Shown here: positions 26,741 through 40,159 of the stretch, piece after piece | Layout of the letters: each line of letters opens with the position of its first letter | How positions within the stretch are numbered: position 1 is the stretch's first letter | Assembly (NCBI RefSeq): GCF_006345805.1 | Contig: NC_043012.1 | Coordinates: 46,872,001 to 46,936,000, forward strand | Source of the DNA: Octopus sinensis | Lineage: Eukaryota | Length of the DNA stretch: 64,000 bases | Reading direction: 5' to 3' | Position numbers and translations under genes: made by a program | The notes under the pieces: model-generated | The model's database searches: none | The model's input: only the letters and a program-made list of their open reading frames with translations | What the model was told of the DNA's origin: nothing

Positions 26741-26915
26741 AACGCGGTGAGCTGGCAGAATCGTTAGCACGCCGTGCAAAATGCCTAGGGGCATTTCGTC
26801 ATCTTTACGTTCTGAGTTCAAATACTGCCGAGGTCAATTTTACGTTTCATCCTCTCGGATTTTGATAAAATAAGTGCCAGTTGAGCAGTGGTGTCGATGT
26901 AAAATTAAGGACCAT
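26741..26915 (+). mobile_element. tRNA-derived SINE (octopus-type)
   Basis: A-box-like TGGCAGAATCG and B-box-like GAGTTCAAATAC, followed by the ...GATAAAATAAGTGCCAGTTGAGCAGTGGTGTCGATG body also seen at 9640 and 61030. Confidence 0.75.
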
Positions 26916-27410
26916 TGATTTAGAATGAAATTTGTATTGCTGCTAGTTCGCCGCATGAAACTTGTAATGGAGTCACGAATTCCCGCTTTTCCTCGATAAG
27001 CAAAGTGTTTACTTATAACCATCTCATAAACATTTCATACGCCAATTATTAGTACTATTTTATTCATGATAATATTTTGACTTACCTCAAATCGGACATC
27101 CCTTATGAGAATATTCTTTGATAACATTGCTGTATATCGCTTAGCACAAATTTGTCACATGATTTCTAACTGAGATGTTCAATGTAGATATTGGCCTCGA
27201 TACAATACTCTTTTGTGTAAGAACTCAGCGCCTTATTGTTCCATATTTCATAGAGACAGTTGGTGCCACATACTTCTAAAATAGATGTATTTACACAATC
27301 AATCAATCAACCAATCATTAAATCTATCAATCATTCAATCAACATATATATGTATGTATATATATCAATTCGTTTTGCAAGATTCCTGATGCGAAATCGT
27401 GTGTTAAAAC

Positions 27411-29392
<1,982 letters not shown>

Positions 29393-29831
29393 ATATATAT
29401 GTGTGTGTGTGTGTGGTATGTGTGTGTGTGTGTGTGTGTGTGTTGAAACAGCTGTAAGTGATTTTAATGATTTTAACAATTTATATTAATGCTTTTTAAA
29501 TAAGTACATTTATTCTTATCTTATATGTATTGAATTTTATACTGTGAATTTGTCATTATATTAATATGGTTATCGCTTTGTTAAATAAATAAGTCAACAT
29601 TCTAATATCCTAAAGCTGATAAACCAACTAATGTGTTTCTCCATTTTCTTATTTGTAATATAAATTAATGGCATAATATTTCTTTACCTTCACCCATTTA
29701 ATGCAATAAGTAGGTTTATTGCATTGCAATTAAAAACACTTGTGTATCAATAATTTGTGTATTATACCAACAGTATGTCGGATAAATATTATCCCTTAGT
29801 GGGTTGGATCCATAACCCCTAACTTACTTGG

Positions 29832-29885
<54 letters not shown>

Positions 29886-29891
<6 letters not shown>

Positions 29892-30425
29892 TCACACATC
29901 CACACACACATACTTACGCACATACTCGCAGGCTCGCGCACGCGCTTGCGCCGGTTCGCGTACGCATACGCTCCGCAGGCACCTCGCTCTTGGAACCGAC
30001 AAGACCTCCCGCCCGTTCCTGGGACCGTCGCGTGTCGTTGGGTTTCCCCACGCCCGCCTCCGCGGGACCACTCTTCCATCTTCCCCTCAGCTGGAGTCCT
30101 TTTTCCTTAACCCCCCTTTTTCGTTACACACACGCGCACACATATACACACATTGCTTAAATATACATTACTCTTACACACATTCAATCTACTCGCCATT
30201 TATACCACCACGACACTGGACACACACACACACTACTACTCAACACACGCTGGCACGCTACATACGCCCCACCCCTTCCCCTCCCTCCCTTCCTCCTTCC
30301 TTCTTTTTCTTACTACTGACCTTTGTCTGCTAAGCTGACCACTGTCTCGCCCTACCTCACACGCCTACACACAGACGCGCACACTAACACACACATATAT
30401 ATTTTTTTGTTTTTTCATCTCGCCT

Positions 30426-30456
<31 letters not shown>

Positions 30457-30779
30457 ACACTCACACATACACACACATCTGTTGCGTTACCAACCTTGTC
30501 TCCACTCTTTTGCCTTTAAAAACCCACTTTGCTCTGTTTTCGTAAACATCCGCCTTTCACCATGTGCAACTCGTAAACACCAGTCGTCTTTTTTCTCTTT
30601 CCCTGTTGCCCGCTCTGGGATCTTTCTTTCCTCTCTCTTCCTTCTTTATGTTTCCGACGAAGAGCTCCGCTCGAAACGTCATACCTCCCTGCTTCCTTTT
30701 CCTGAGCGCCTATTAATAATAATACTGTAATTGTTCATTGTTGTTGTTTTTTTTGTTTCCCGTTTGGATTAAAATTATA
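29886..30779 (+). repeat. 5' pseudo-LTR of the PLE
   Basis: Near-identical to 36403-37303, differing mainly by small indels. Confidence 0.93.
30646..30686 (+). ncRNA. Minimal hammerhead-like ribozyme motif in the 5' pseudo-LTR (U4C core variant)
   Basis: CCGACGA-A-GAGC-TCC-GCTC-GAAAC-GTC/ATAC. 4-bp stem II, palindromic ACGT stem III, weak stem I. Predicted cut after 30680. Confidence 0.65.
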
Positions 30780-31104
30780 CCACTGCGCGCCTACAGGACC
30801 CCTTGTACCTTGGATACCAACTCCCGGATTTTTGCACCTACGGATTATTGTTACCATTCTTCCTGACCTACGGATCACCCGCAACCTTCTTCCGGAGTAC
30901 CACCATTACCGTGATTGAAAATCATTACCTAATCTGTCCGTTGACTCTCAAATCTCTTTCCTGACTTTTTTCAACTTTTTTCAACTTTTTTCTATTGTTT
31001 TCAAACCGTCTTCACCCGTTTCTTCTTTCGTTGTTTTCCTGTTGTCTCTCCTTTTTCCTGTTTCGCCACCACCCACCTTTACCTGTTTGCCACCACTTCT
31101 CATC

Positions 31105-33901
31105 ATGCCTGACTTGCACTCGTTCGTCCAACACCTTCAATCCCTCCTCAGCCGCTACCTCGCGTTCTTCCCCCCACAATGTTCCGCTCCTGCTATAAAA
31201 CTTTCCCGCTTGCTTTTTAAGAAAACCCGCCACTCGAGTCATCTTTCCTTTCTTAGCCGGTGCCTCCGCCATCATATCACACCCCGCGGGTTCCTCTTGA
31301 AGTTCCACGCTACTCCCTATTCCTCCCCTTCATCGAACCCACCCTCGCTCGTACCTCCCGCTCCCTCCTCCGCGCCACCATCCGCTCCACCCGCCCCCTC
31401 CTTGACTCCCTCGACCATCAACTTCCCCAGGCCTACCTCTTCTCTCCGCCCTCTGCCCTCCACTCTTCACCCAACCTATCCTCCGCTTCATTCTTAATCT
31501 CAACCACCAACTCTACAACCACCTCACACACAAAAAAACAAAAAACTCCACCTCCTCCTCAACCCCTCACCCCCTTCCCCATCCTCCCCCACTGTTCCCC
31601 CCTCCTTCGCACCTACCCCACCCTTCCACGGACCACCACACCCCCCACCGTGACCTTCCTACGCCTAACCCATCTTCACCCAACCACCCCTACCTCCCCT
31701 TCACACCCCTGCACCCCCTCCGCCTGCCCCTAGTCCTCCCACCCCCCGCTTCCTCGCGTTGTTGTCACTATACCCCCACCTCCCCCTCTCCGCCGCTGAG
31801 CGCTCCCTCCTCAGTAAGGGTCTCCGCTTCACGCCACTCACGCGCCACTGTGATGAGTTCGAGACTCGGGCGGACGTCAACCTGTTCCTGCGCTGCCTCA
31901 AACTTCGCGCATACTACCACGCGTCCCCGCAGCGTCACAACAATCAGGATTGCCTTTTGGAGCTGGGGCGTCGTCCATCCATCTGGACGCCGCCCCCAGG
32001 CCTTTTCAGTAGCCTAGATTCGTTTGTACATGACTGCAACGCTTTGGTCCACCGTTTCATTGCCCTTCGCCACCTCCGCCGTCGTGATGACATTGTCATC
32101 AAACCGGCGGACAAAGGCGGGGCAGTGGTAGTGTGGCGCGCGGACCTATACAGGGAGGAAGCGCTCAACCAGCTTCAAAATCCACTCTTCTATCGCCTCC
32201 TCCCCTCCGATCCCACCTCCTCCTACCAACAGCGAGTGTCCTCCACCATCCACGACCTCATCTCCTCCTCCGCTCTCCCCCTCACCGCCACCAACCTCAT
32301 CGTCCGCACACCCCGCACCTCCACCATCTACTTCCTTCCCAAGATCCATAAACCCTCTAATCCTGGCCGTCCCATAGTCTCTGCCTGTAATTGCCCCACT
32401 GAACTCATCTCCCTATACCTCGACCGCATCCTGTCCCCCTTAGTCGCAGCCCTCCCATCCTACATACACGACACCAACCACGCCCTCCGTCTCTTCAATT
32501 CCTTTTCCTTCCCTTCCAGCCCCTCACACCTCCTCTTCACTTTAGATGTAAAATCCCTGTACACAGTGATTCCCCACAATGACGGTCTCCTAGCCCTCCA
32601 ACACTTCCTCGACCGTCGTCCCGACCCCACCCCCAGCACCCCCACCCTTCTCCGGTTGGCTGAGCTCGTCCTCACCCTCAATTGCTTCACGTTCGCCGGG
32701 GAAACGTACCAACAGTTGTCCGGGGTCGCGATGGGAACTAGGATGGGCCCCAATTTCGCCAATCTCTTTCTTGGCTACATTGAGGCCCAAGTGTTCTCCC
32801 AGTTCTCTGGGCCGACCCCCGAACTATACGGTCGCTATATCGACGACTGCGTAGGTGCCACCTCCCTTTCCCGTGAACTTCTCTGCCAATTCATCTCTTT
32901 CCTTTCCAACTTTCACCCCTCTCTTCAATTCACCTCCACCATCTCCAACACCTCTGTCAACTTCCTTGACATCTCTCTCCGCATCGATCACCCCTCCAGC
33001 TCTCTCACCACCACCGCCTTTTTTAAACCTACGGATTCCCACCTCTATCTCAACTTCTCTTCCTCCCACCCCTTCCACACCAAACGAGCCATCCCCTACT
33101 CCCCTGTTCCTCCGCCTCCGACGTTTGTGCAGCCGCGACCAGGATTTCGAGACCCAATCTCAATACCTGGCCCGCATGTTCAGACTCCGAGGTTACCCAC
33201 CCATACTCCTCTCTGATGCCCTCACCCGCGCCCGTCGCATCGACCGCACTACCGCCCTGTCTCCTTCCCCCCGCCCACCCCCCAACCGCACCCCCTTCCC
33301 CCTCCTTTTCACCCCTCTACCCTACCCCTTCGTCGCAAGATACTACGTGCCTTCCGTCGCCTCCAGCTTGATCCACCACCACCCGCCCCATTTTCCCTAA
33401 CCTACCCCTGTCCTCTTTCAAACGAGCCCGCAATCTGCGTGACCTCCTGGTCCACAGCACCCTCTCTCCTTCCCCCTCAGCCCACTCGGATCATTCCCTT
33501 GCTCTAGATCCCGTTGCAACACTTGCCCCTTCATCACCAACACCACCGCTGTCACCGGCTCCAACCTGCACACTGTACGCATTAGGCACTCTTTTACGTG
33601 CACCTCGTCTGGCCTTATTTACTGCATTAAATGCAACCTATGCGGGATGCTGTATGTAGGACAGACGGGACGCCGGTTGTCCGACCGTTTCACTGAACAC
33701 TTGAGGGACGTTCGCCTACACTCTCTTTCTCCCGTCGCACGCCACTTCCGCTCGGCCGGCCATTCCCTAGATGACATCTCAGTGTTTGGTCTCGCCCCCC
33801 ACCATGGTCGCCCACTTTCCAGGCTCCACTTGGAGCAACGCTACATCTTCACCCTACAAACTACCACCCCACACGGACTTAACACAGCCCCCTCCTCTTG
33901 A
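31105..33901 (+). pseudogene. PLE polyprotein (reverse transcriptase + C-terminal GIY-YIG endonuclease), frameshifted as assembled
   Basis: ATG at 31105 (MPDLHSF...HLSFLSRCLRHHITPRGF). RT motifs: IVIKPADKGG, PGRPIVS, LDVKSLYT, GVAMGTRMGPNFANLF, YGRYIDD, NFLDI. Endonuclease: LIYCIKCNLC...YVGQTGRRLSDRFTEH...RHF...GHS. Stop at 33901. Confidence 0.92.
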
Positions 33902-33929
33902 GATCGGTTTTTTTTTTTTTTTTTTTTTT

Positions 33930-36402
33930 TGTGGACACACCACCCACACACACCCACCCACCTACCTCCCACACGCACACACCCACCCACCTACCTCCCA
34001 CACGCCTGTTCACACACACACATACGTAGACCCATCTACGTACATACATTCACACATTTAATCACACACACTTACAGACATACTAACACACACTAACATA
34101 CAAACCAACATGCACATACACACACACACATACATACATACGCACACACATACATACTTACACACACACACACACACACAGACATACATACACACATACA
34201 CACACACATACATACGCACATACATACACACACACTCACACACACACACCGCACGTACATACTTCACACACACACATGCAAACATACATGTAGGCACATA
34301 CATACATACATACCTACACATGCACACCCTTACACTGAATGCACACACACATACACCTTTTTGCATCCAGGCAGCCCCCCCCTCTTTTCTGCTTTCCGGT
34401 TTTGGCTGATGGATCCTCGGTTCCCGCGTAGCGGGGCGTTCGAGGGCCTTTGCGCTCGCGCGCCTTGGCGCGCGCTGGGGGCTTGGTCGGCCCCTTGGGC
34501 TTGCGCTGTACTGCTTGTGCGTTGTGTGCGTGGGCGCGCTTCGTGTGTGTGGGCTTGCTTCGGATGTGCGCGTGCGTATGTATGCATACATACCCACACA
34601 CTCGCATGCATCCCTACCCACATACATACACGCACACCTACTCACACACACACACATACACACACATACCTGCACACACACACACACACATACATACATA
34701 CACATACATACCTACTTCAGACATACACACACACAGACATACACCCATACACTCACACTCACACGCATACACACTACACACATACACACGCACACGTACA
34801 CATACACACACACACACACACCTACATACATACATTACACTTGTATACACACACACTTACATTCATACACACACACACATACACAGCCATACCCTCACTC
34901 AGACACACACATACATAAACACACACACATACACATATACACACATACGCACACACACATATACTTATACACATGCACACACACACATACATACATACAC
35001 CCATATACATACACACACACATACCCACATACTCCTATACGCACATACATACACACAGACATACACACATACACACTACACACACAAACATCCACACACA
35101 TACTTACACACACACACTCCCCTGCACGCGCACACACATGCATGACAAACACCCATACACTCACACTCACATACGCACACACCAACATAAACACGCACAC
35201 GCACACGCACACACACACCTACACTCCCACACACATACACACGCACCTACATACACACACCACGCATACACACGCATACACACATACATTACACACGTAC
35301 ACACACACCTACATACACATGCATACACACACACACACAAACATGCACGGACACACCCAGACATACACACATACACCTATATACACACGCCCACACACCT
35401 ACATACACACACATATACACACGCCCACACACCTACATACACACACATGCATACACACACATACACGGACACACCCATACATACTTACATACATACACCT
35501 ATACACACACGCCTACACACCTACATACACACACATGCATACACACACACACATGTACGCACACACACACATATACGCACATACATATATACCCACACAC
35601 ATGCACACACACACACACATACGCACATGCATGCACACGAGCACACCTACACGCATACACACACACACACGCACGTACACATACATACATACACACGCAT
35701 ACATACACCCATACACATACATGCATCCTACACACACATACATACACACTCACACACTACATACACACACACACACTCACTCACACACCTGTATGTACGC
35801 GCACACACATGCACATACACACACTTCCCCACACACCCACACGTACATACATACACACTCACACACATACACACACACACACACGGACATAAATCTATGC
35901 ACACACATCATATACATACTTACATACAACACCTATACACACACGCCTACACACCTACATACACACACACATGCATACACCACACACACATGTACGCACA
36001 CACACACCATATACGCACATACAATATACCCACACACATGCACACACACACATACGCACGCACATGCATGCATGCAGCATGCACACGCGCACACCTACAC
36101 GCATACACACACACACGCACGTACACATACATACATAACACACCGCATACATACACCCATACACATACATGCATCCTACACACACATACATACACACTCA
36201 CACATACATACACCACACACTCACTCACACACCTGTATGTACGCGCACACACATGCCATACACACACTTCCCCACACCCACACGTACATACATCACACTC
36301 ACACACATACACACACCTCACGACATACATCTATGCACACACTACATACACACATACTCACATACATTCATCGGACACACTGCCACCCGGACATACACAC
36401 AG
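33930..36402 (+). repeat. Cryptic CA/TA-rich low-complexity 3' region of the PLE, with a ~430-bp internal tandem duplication
   Basis: Composition is directly visible. ~35515-35940 is repeated at ~35945-36395. Confidence 0.8.
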
Positions 36403-37303
36403 ACACACTCACACATCCACACACATACATACTTACGCACATACTCGCAGGCTCGCGCACGCACGCGCTTGCGCCGGTTCGCGTACGCATACGCTCCGCA
36501 GGCACCTCGCTCTTGGAACCGACAAGACCTCCCGCCCGTTCCTGGGACCGTCGCGTGTCGTTGGGTTTTCCCACGCCCGCCTCCGCGGGACCACTCTTCC
36601 ATCTTCCCCTCAGCTGGAGTCCTTTTTCCTTAACCCCCCTTTTTCGTTACACACACGCGCACACATATACACACATTGCTTAAATATATACATTACTCTT
36701 ACACACATTCAATCTACTCGCCATTTATACCACCACGACACTGGACACACACACACACTACTACTCAACACACGCTGGCACGCTACATACTCCCCCACCC
36801 CTTCCCCTCCCTCCCTTCTTCCTTCCTTCTTTTTCTTACTACTGACCTTTGTCTGCTAAGCTGACCACTGTCTCGCCCTACCTCACACGCCTACACACAG
36901 ACGCACACACTAACACACACATATATATTTTTTGTTTTTTCATCTCGCCTCACACACACACATACACACACGCACACGCACACACTCACACATACACACA
37001 CATCTGTTGCGTTACCAACCTTGTCTCCACTCTTTTGCCTTTAAAAACCCACTTTGCTCTGTTTTCGTAAACATCCGCCTTTCACCATGTGCAACTCGTA
37101 AACACCAGTCGTCTTTTTTCTCTTCCCTGTTGCCCGCTCTGGGATCTTTCTTTCCTCTCTCTTCCTTCTTTATGTTTCCGACGAAGAGCTCCGCTCGAAA
37201 CGTCATACCTCCCTGCTTCCTTTTCCTGAGCGCCTATTAATAATAATACTGTAATTGTTCCATTGTTGTTGTTTTTTTGTTTCCCGTTTGGATTAAAATT
37301 ATA
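36403..37303 (+). repeat. 3' pseudo-LTR of the PLE
   Basis: Copy of 29886-30779, ending GGATTAAAATTATA into (TA)n. Confidence 0.93.
37171..37210 (+). ncRNA. Minimal hammerhead-like ribozyme motif in the 3' pseudo-LTR
   Basis: Identical to 30646-30686. Predicted cut after 37204. Confidence 0.65.
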
Positions 37304-37318
37304 TATATATATATATAT

Positions 37319-37619
37319 ATCACATGATCACGTGACCGACCAGGCTATCAGATGTTGCTACATATCGCTGGTCACAATGCGCTTCTCATATTTTTATAGC
37401 CTTCAAATAACGCCACCCCGCTGGCTAAGCGAGCAGGCCTACAGAAGAAAGAGTGAGAGATAGTTGTGGTGAAAGAGTACAGCTGGGATCGCCACCCCCC
37501 TGCTAGAGCCTAGTGGAGCTTTTAGGTGTTTTCGCTCAATAAACACTCACAACGCCCGGTCTGGGAATCGAAACCGCGATCCTACGACTGTGTGTGTGTG
37601 TGGGGGCCATTGCGCCTCC
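37319..37619 (-). mobile_element. tRNA-derived SINE (second family) with head interrupted by a microsatellite
   Basis: Minus strand: GGAGGCGCAATGGCCC head, then (CA)n, then CAGTCGTAGGATCGCGGTTTCGATTCCCAGACC (B-box GGTTTCGATTCC), body, and TA tail at 37303-37320. Confidence 0.75.
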
Positions 37620-37969
37620 ACACACACACACACTCACACACACACACACGCACGCACACGCACACACACACACACATATATATAAATTAATTTGCGCACC
37701 ACAGAATATTCTTGGATTTTACAAATGTAACAACACTCATTCGCTCAGCTATTTTTCTTTATAGAAAGATATCTTTTACATGGTAATTTTAATGGAAATA
37801 GGAGTGAATTAAATAGGAATAAATATCAGCTGCATAATTACACAGTTTAATTGGAAATGTCAGACAAGAGAACTGAAAAGAGCATTTTGTCTTTGCCTCT
37901 TATTTTCTGAACATGCATACATACAGATAAAATTTTGGTGTGTTACAATGTTTCTAATATACACAACAG

Positions 37970-38249
37970 TTACCGTGGAGAAAAGAGTCTCTTTTATGAT
38001 GAAAGGAGTAAAAACATCGTAACTTCCCGAGGCTATGATGTTATCGCATATTCTCGAACGGCCGAATTTAGATCCTTAGCCTTCCTTCATGGGGAATATC
38101 AAAGTGAAATAATTTTAAGTAGATTCAAAGCAGTAAGCGTGAAGAAAAAGAAGTGGCAACAACAATGGCTGGGTTGCGTTATTCGACTGCCTCGGGATAA
38201 ATATAATAACACCAGCACAAAACAAGGATTAAGAATAAATGAACTTTAG
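37970..38249 (+). CDS. Candidate coding exon (280 nt, 92 sense codons then TAG) of the unrecognised repeated-domain family
   Basis: CTAAT...CACAACAG|T TAC CGT GGA acceptor. Open frame YRGEKSLFYDERSK...RFKAVSV...WLGCVIRLPRDKYNNTSTKQGLRINEL ends at TAG|GTTAGT. A 56-nt GT-AG spacer and a second truncated module (38306 onward) follow. Confidence 0.45.
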
Positions 38250-40113
38250 GTTAGTTAAAATACGTTGGTAACATATTTTAACTTCTAAAGTCAAATTCAT
38301 TGCAGTTACAGTGGAGACAATTATTTCAACTATTGTAAGAGGTGTAAAGCCACCATAAAAGGGAAAAAACACCAGAAAGGCAATGATATACTTAACGATG
38401 TCATATACTTAACGTATGTGTGTTGTTTAAACGCTTTTAGTCCGTGGTATTTCGTCCAAGGAAAGTACCTTGGACACATAAAGCGTTATAAAACACAGTA
38501 TACCTCAAACTGAAATAACAGCAAAATATTTATGTCTGTTGTTCTGGTTCACCTCTGGATGCATTCGACTCGCCTAGCTCAATCTTTGAATTTTATTTTA
38601 CTTGTGTGGAGCTGTTGCACATCAGCGGACTGAATAAATTGACCTTTGTACTTCCGTGGATATTTTCCCTTATTCTTGAGTTCGAAATATCCACCAAAGA
38701 ATAATTAGCATTTGCCTATTTTCCCCACTTTTTTATTTTAGTATATTTTTGCATTTGATGTAGAATTTCTGCATCCTGCTATATTTTTTTTAAAATTCTG
38801 AATCGTTTCATTGCCGTCTTCACATTCTCTCTGTATTACTTTTTTATAAGTGTTGTGCTTTATATGTTTTTTTTCCCTTTTAACACGAAATTTCGTGCAT
38901 GCTTTCCTATCTTTTTTATTGTATCTTACGTTATTGTATTTTATCGCTGACGTTTTGTTATTACACCTAGACTGAGGTGACTGGATTGCATTCTTTTTCA
39001 TTACCCCTATTCACACTCACACATACTTACATATGAATCTATAAATGCAATAATATATATATATATATATATAGATATGTGTGTGTGTGTATATATATGT
39101 ATGCATGTATGTATATATATATATATATATATGCATCCATTTAATCATTTTTTATTTTCCTATATCTGTTCACTTATTCATCCATCTTTTGTTGTTTTCT
39201 GTCGCTTTTGTTTTATGTTTATTTTGCTTCATTTACTCTCGTCATTTAGCACCTGTATAATTCACTATACCACCCTCCCTCTAAATGATTGCTCATCCTA
39301 CCATTGCAGCCGTATCAATGATAACTAGTCATATATGTTAAGGCTTATGTTGTTTTGGTAATACTGTGAATTTAAATGTTATAATTTATTCATTTAGTTA
39401 TATCTAATCTCTGAATTCTAGCTCTAAATATCATTGTTAAGTGTCATGATATGAATCCTCATAACAAATTAGACAGATATCTACACTTTACATTTAAATC
39501 AATCAGATTTGGCCTAGCAGCCTTCGGTTTGTGTATGTCCAAACACCTCCCTTGGCATAGCGTCCAATATTATATAGTAGTAAGCGCCACCATTCCTAAC
39601 GAAGTTGTTGGGTATCAAATTTATATACTCAATGTTAATTGTATTCACCCATTAGAAGTGAGGACATGACCAAAACATTATTTTGACAAGCAGCCAAAAT
39701 GCAGTAGTAATTGCACTAAGTCGGCCGCTGACCCTCACGAAGTTGTTGGATATGAAATTTCTATACTGAATATTTATACTATTCATCCATGATTAGGGAG
39801 AACAAAAGCCTGAGGCCGGGGTCTAGAAACAGGCAACCTCGATCTGTATAAGTGCTACACTGAAGAAATTTCTTCCTCTTTCCTTCGTTTCTGTTCTTTT
39901 CTCTTTTCTTCTATTCCTTTCGTTTGACAATTGATTTGCTGAACTATAAAATCGCACTGCAACATCCGTTTACAATATTTTCAATCCAGCTGTCGAATGA
40001 TTGATTAAATTGAACCATGAACGTACACAAAATGCATATCAGAAACAGCTGTAAGTCTACAATGCCCAAACAAATGTATACGACCCATTATTTATGCGTA
40101 TATATGTACACGT

Positions 40114-40159
<46 letters not shown>

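Larger units (their letters stand above)
29886..37303 (+). mobile_element. Near full-length Neptune-type Penelope-like retroelement
   Basis: Direct terminal repeats of ~0.9 kb, an RT + GIY-YIG ORF, a Cys-rich linker (FPCSRSRCNTC) typical of Neptune, and (TA)n on both flanks. Confidence 0.93.

Noticed and set aside
26741-26830. tRNA gene
   Set aside because: A/B boxes are present but there is no cloverleaf. It is followed by a repeat body found several times in the window, so it is a SINE.
29990-30090. HDV-like ribozyme in the GC-rich start of the pseudo-LTR
   Set aside because: Local hairpins are present, but the nested double-pseudoknot P1/P1.1/P2/P3 pattern could not be assembled on either strand.
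34450-36859. Long His/Thr-rich ORFs (722 aa, 628 aa, 231 aa)
   Set aside because: They are translations of CA/TA low-complexity DNA that cannot form stops in these frames. No evidence of coding.
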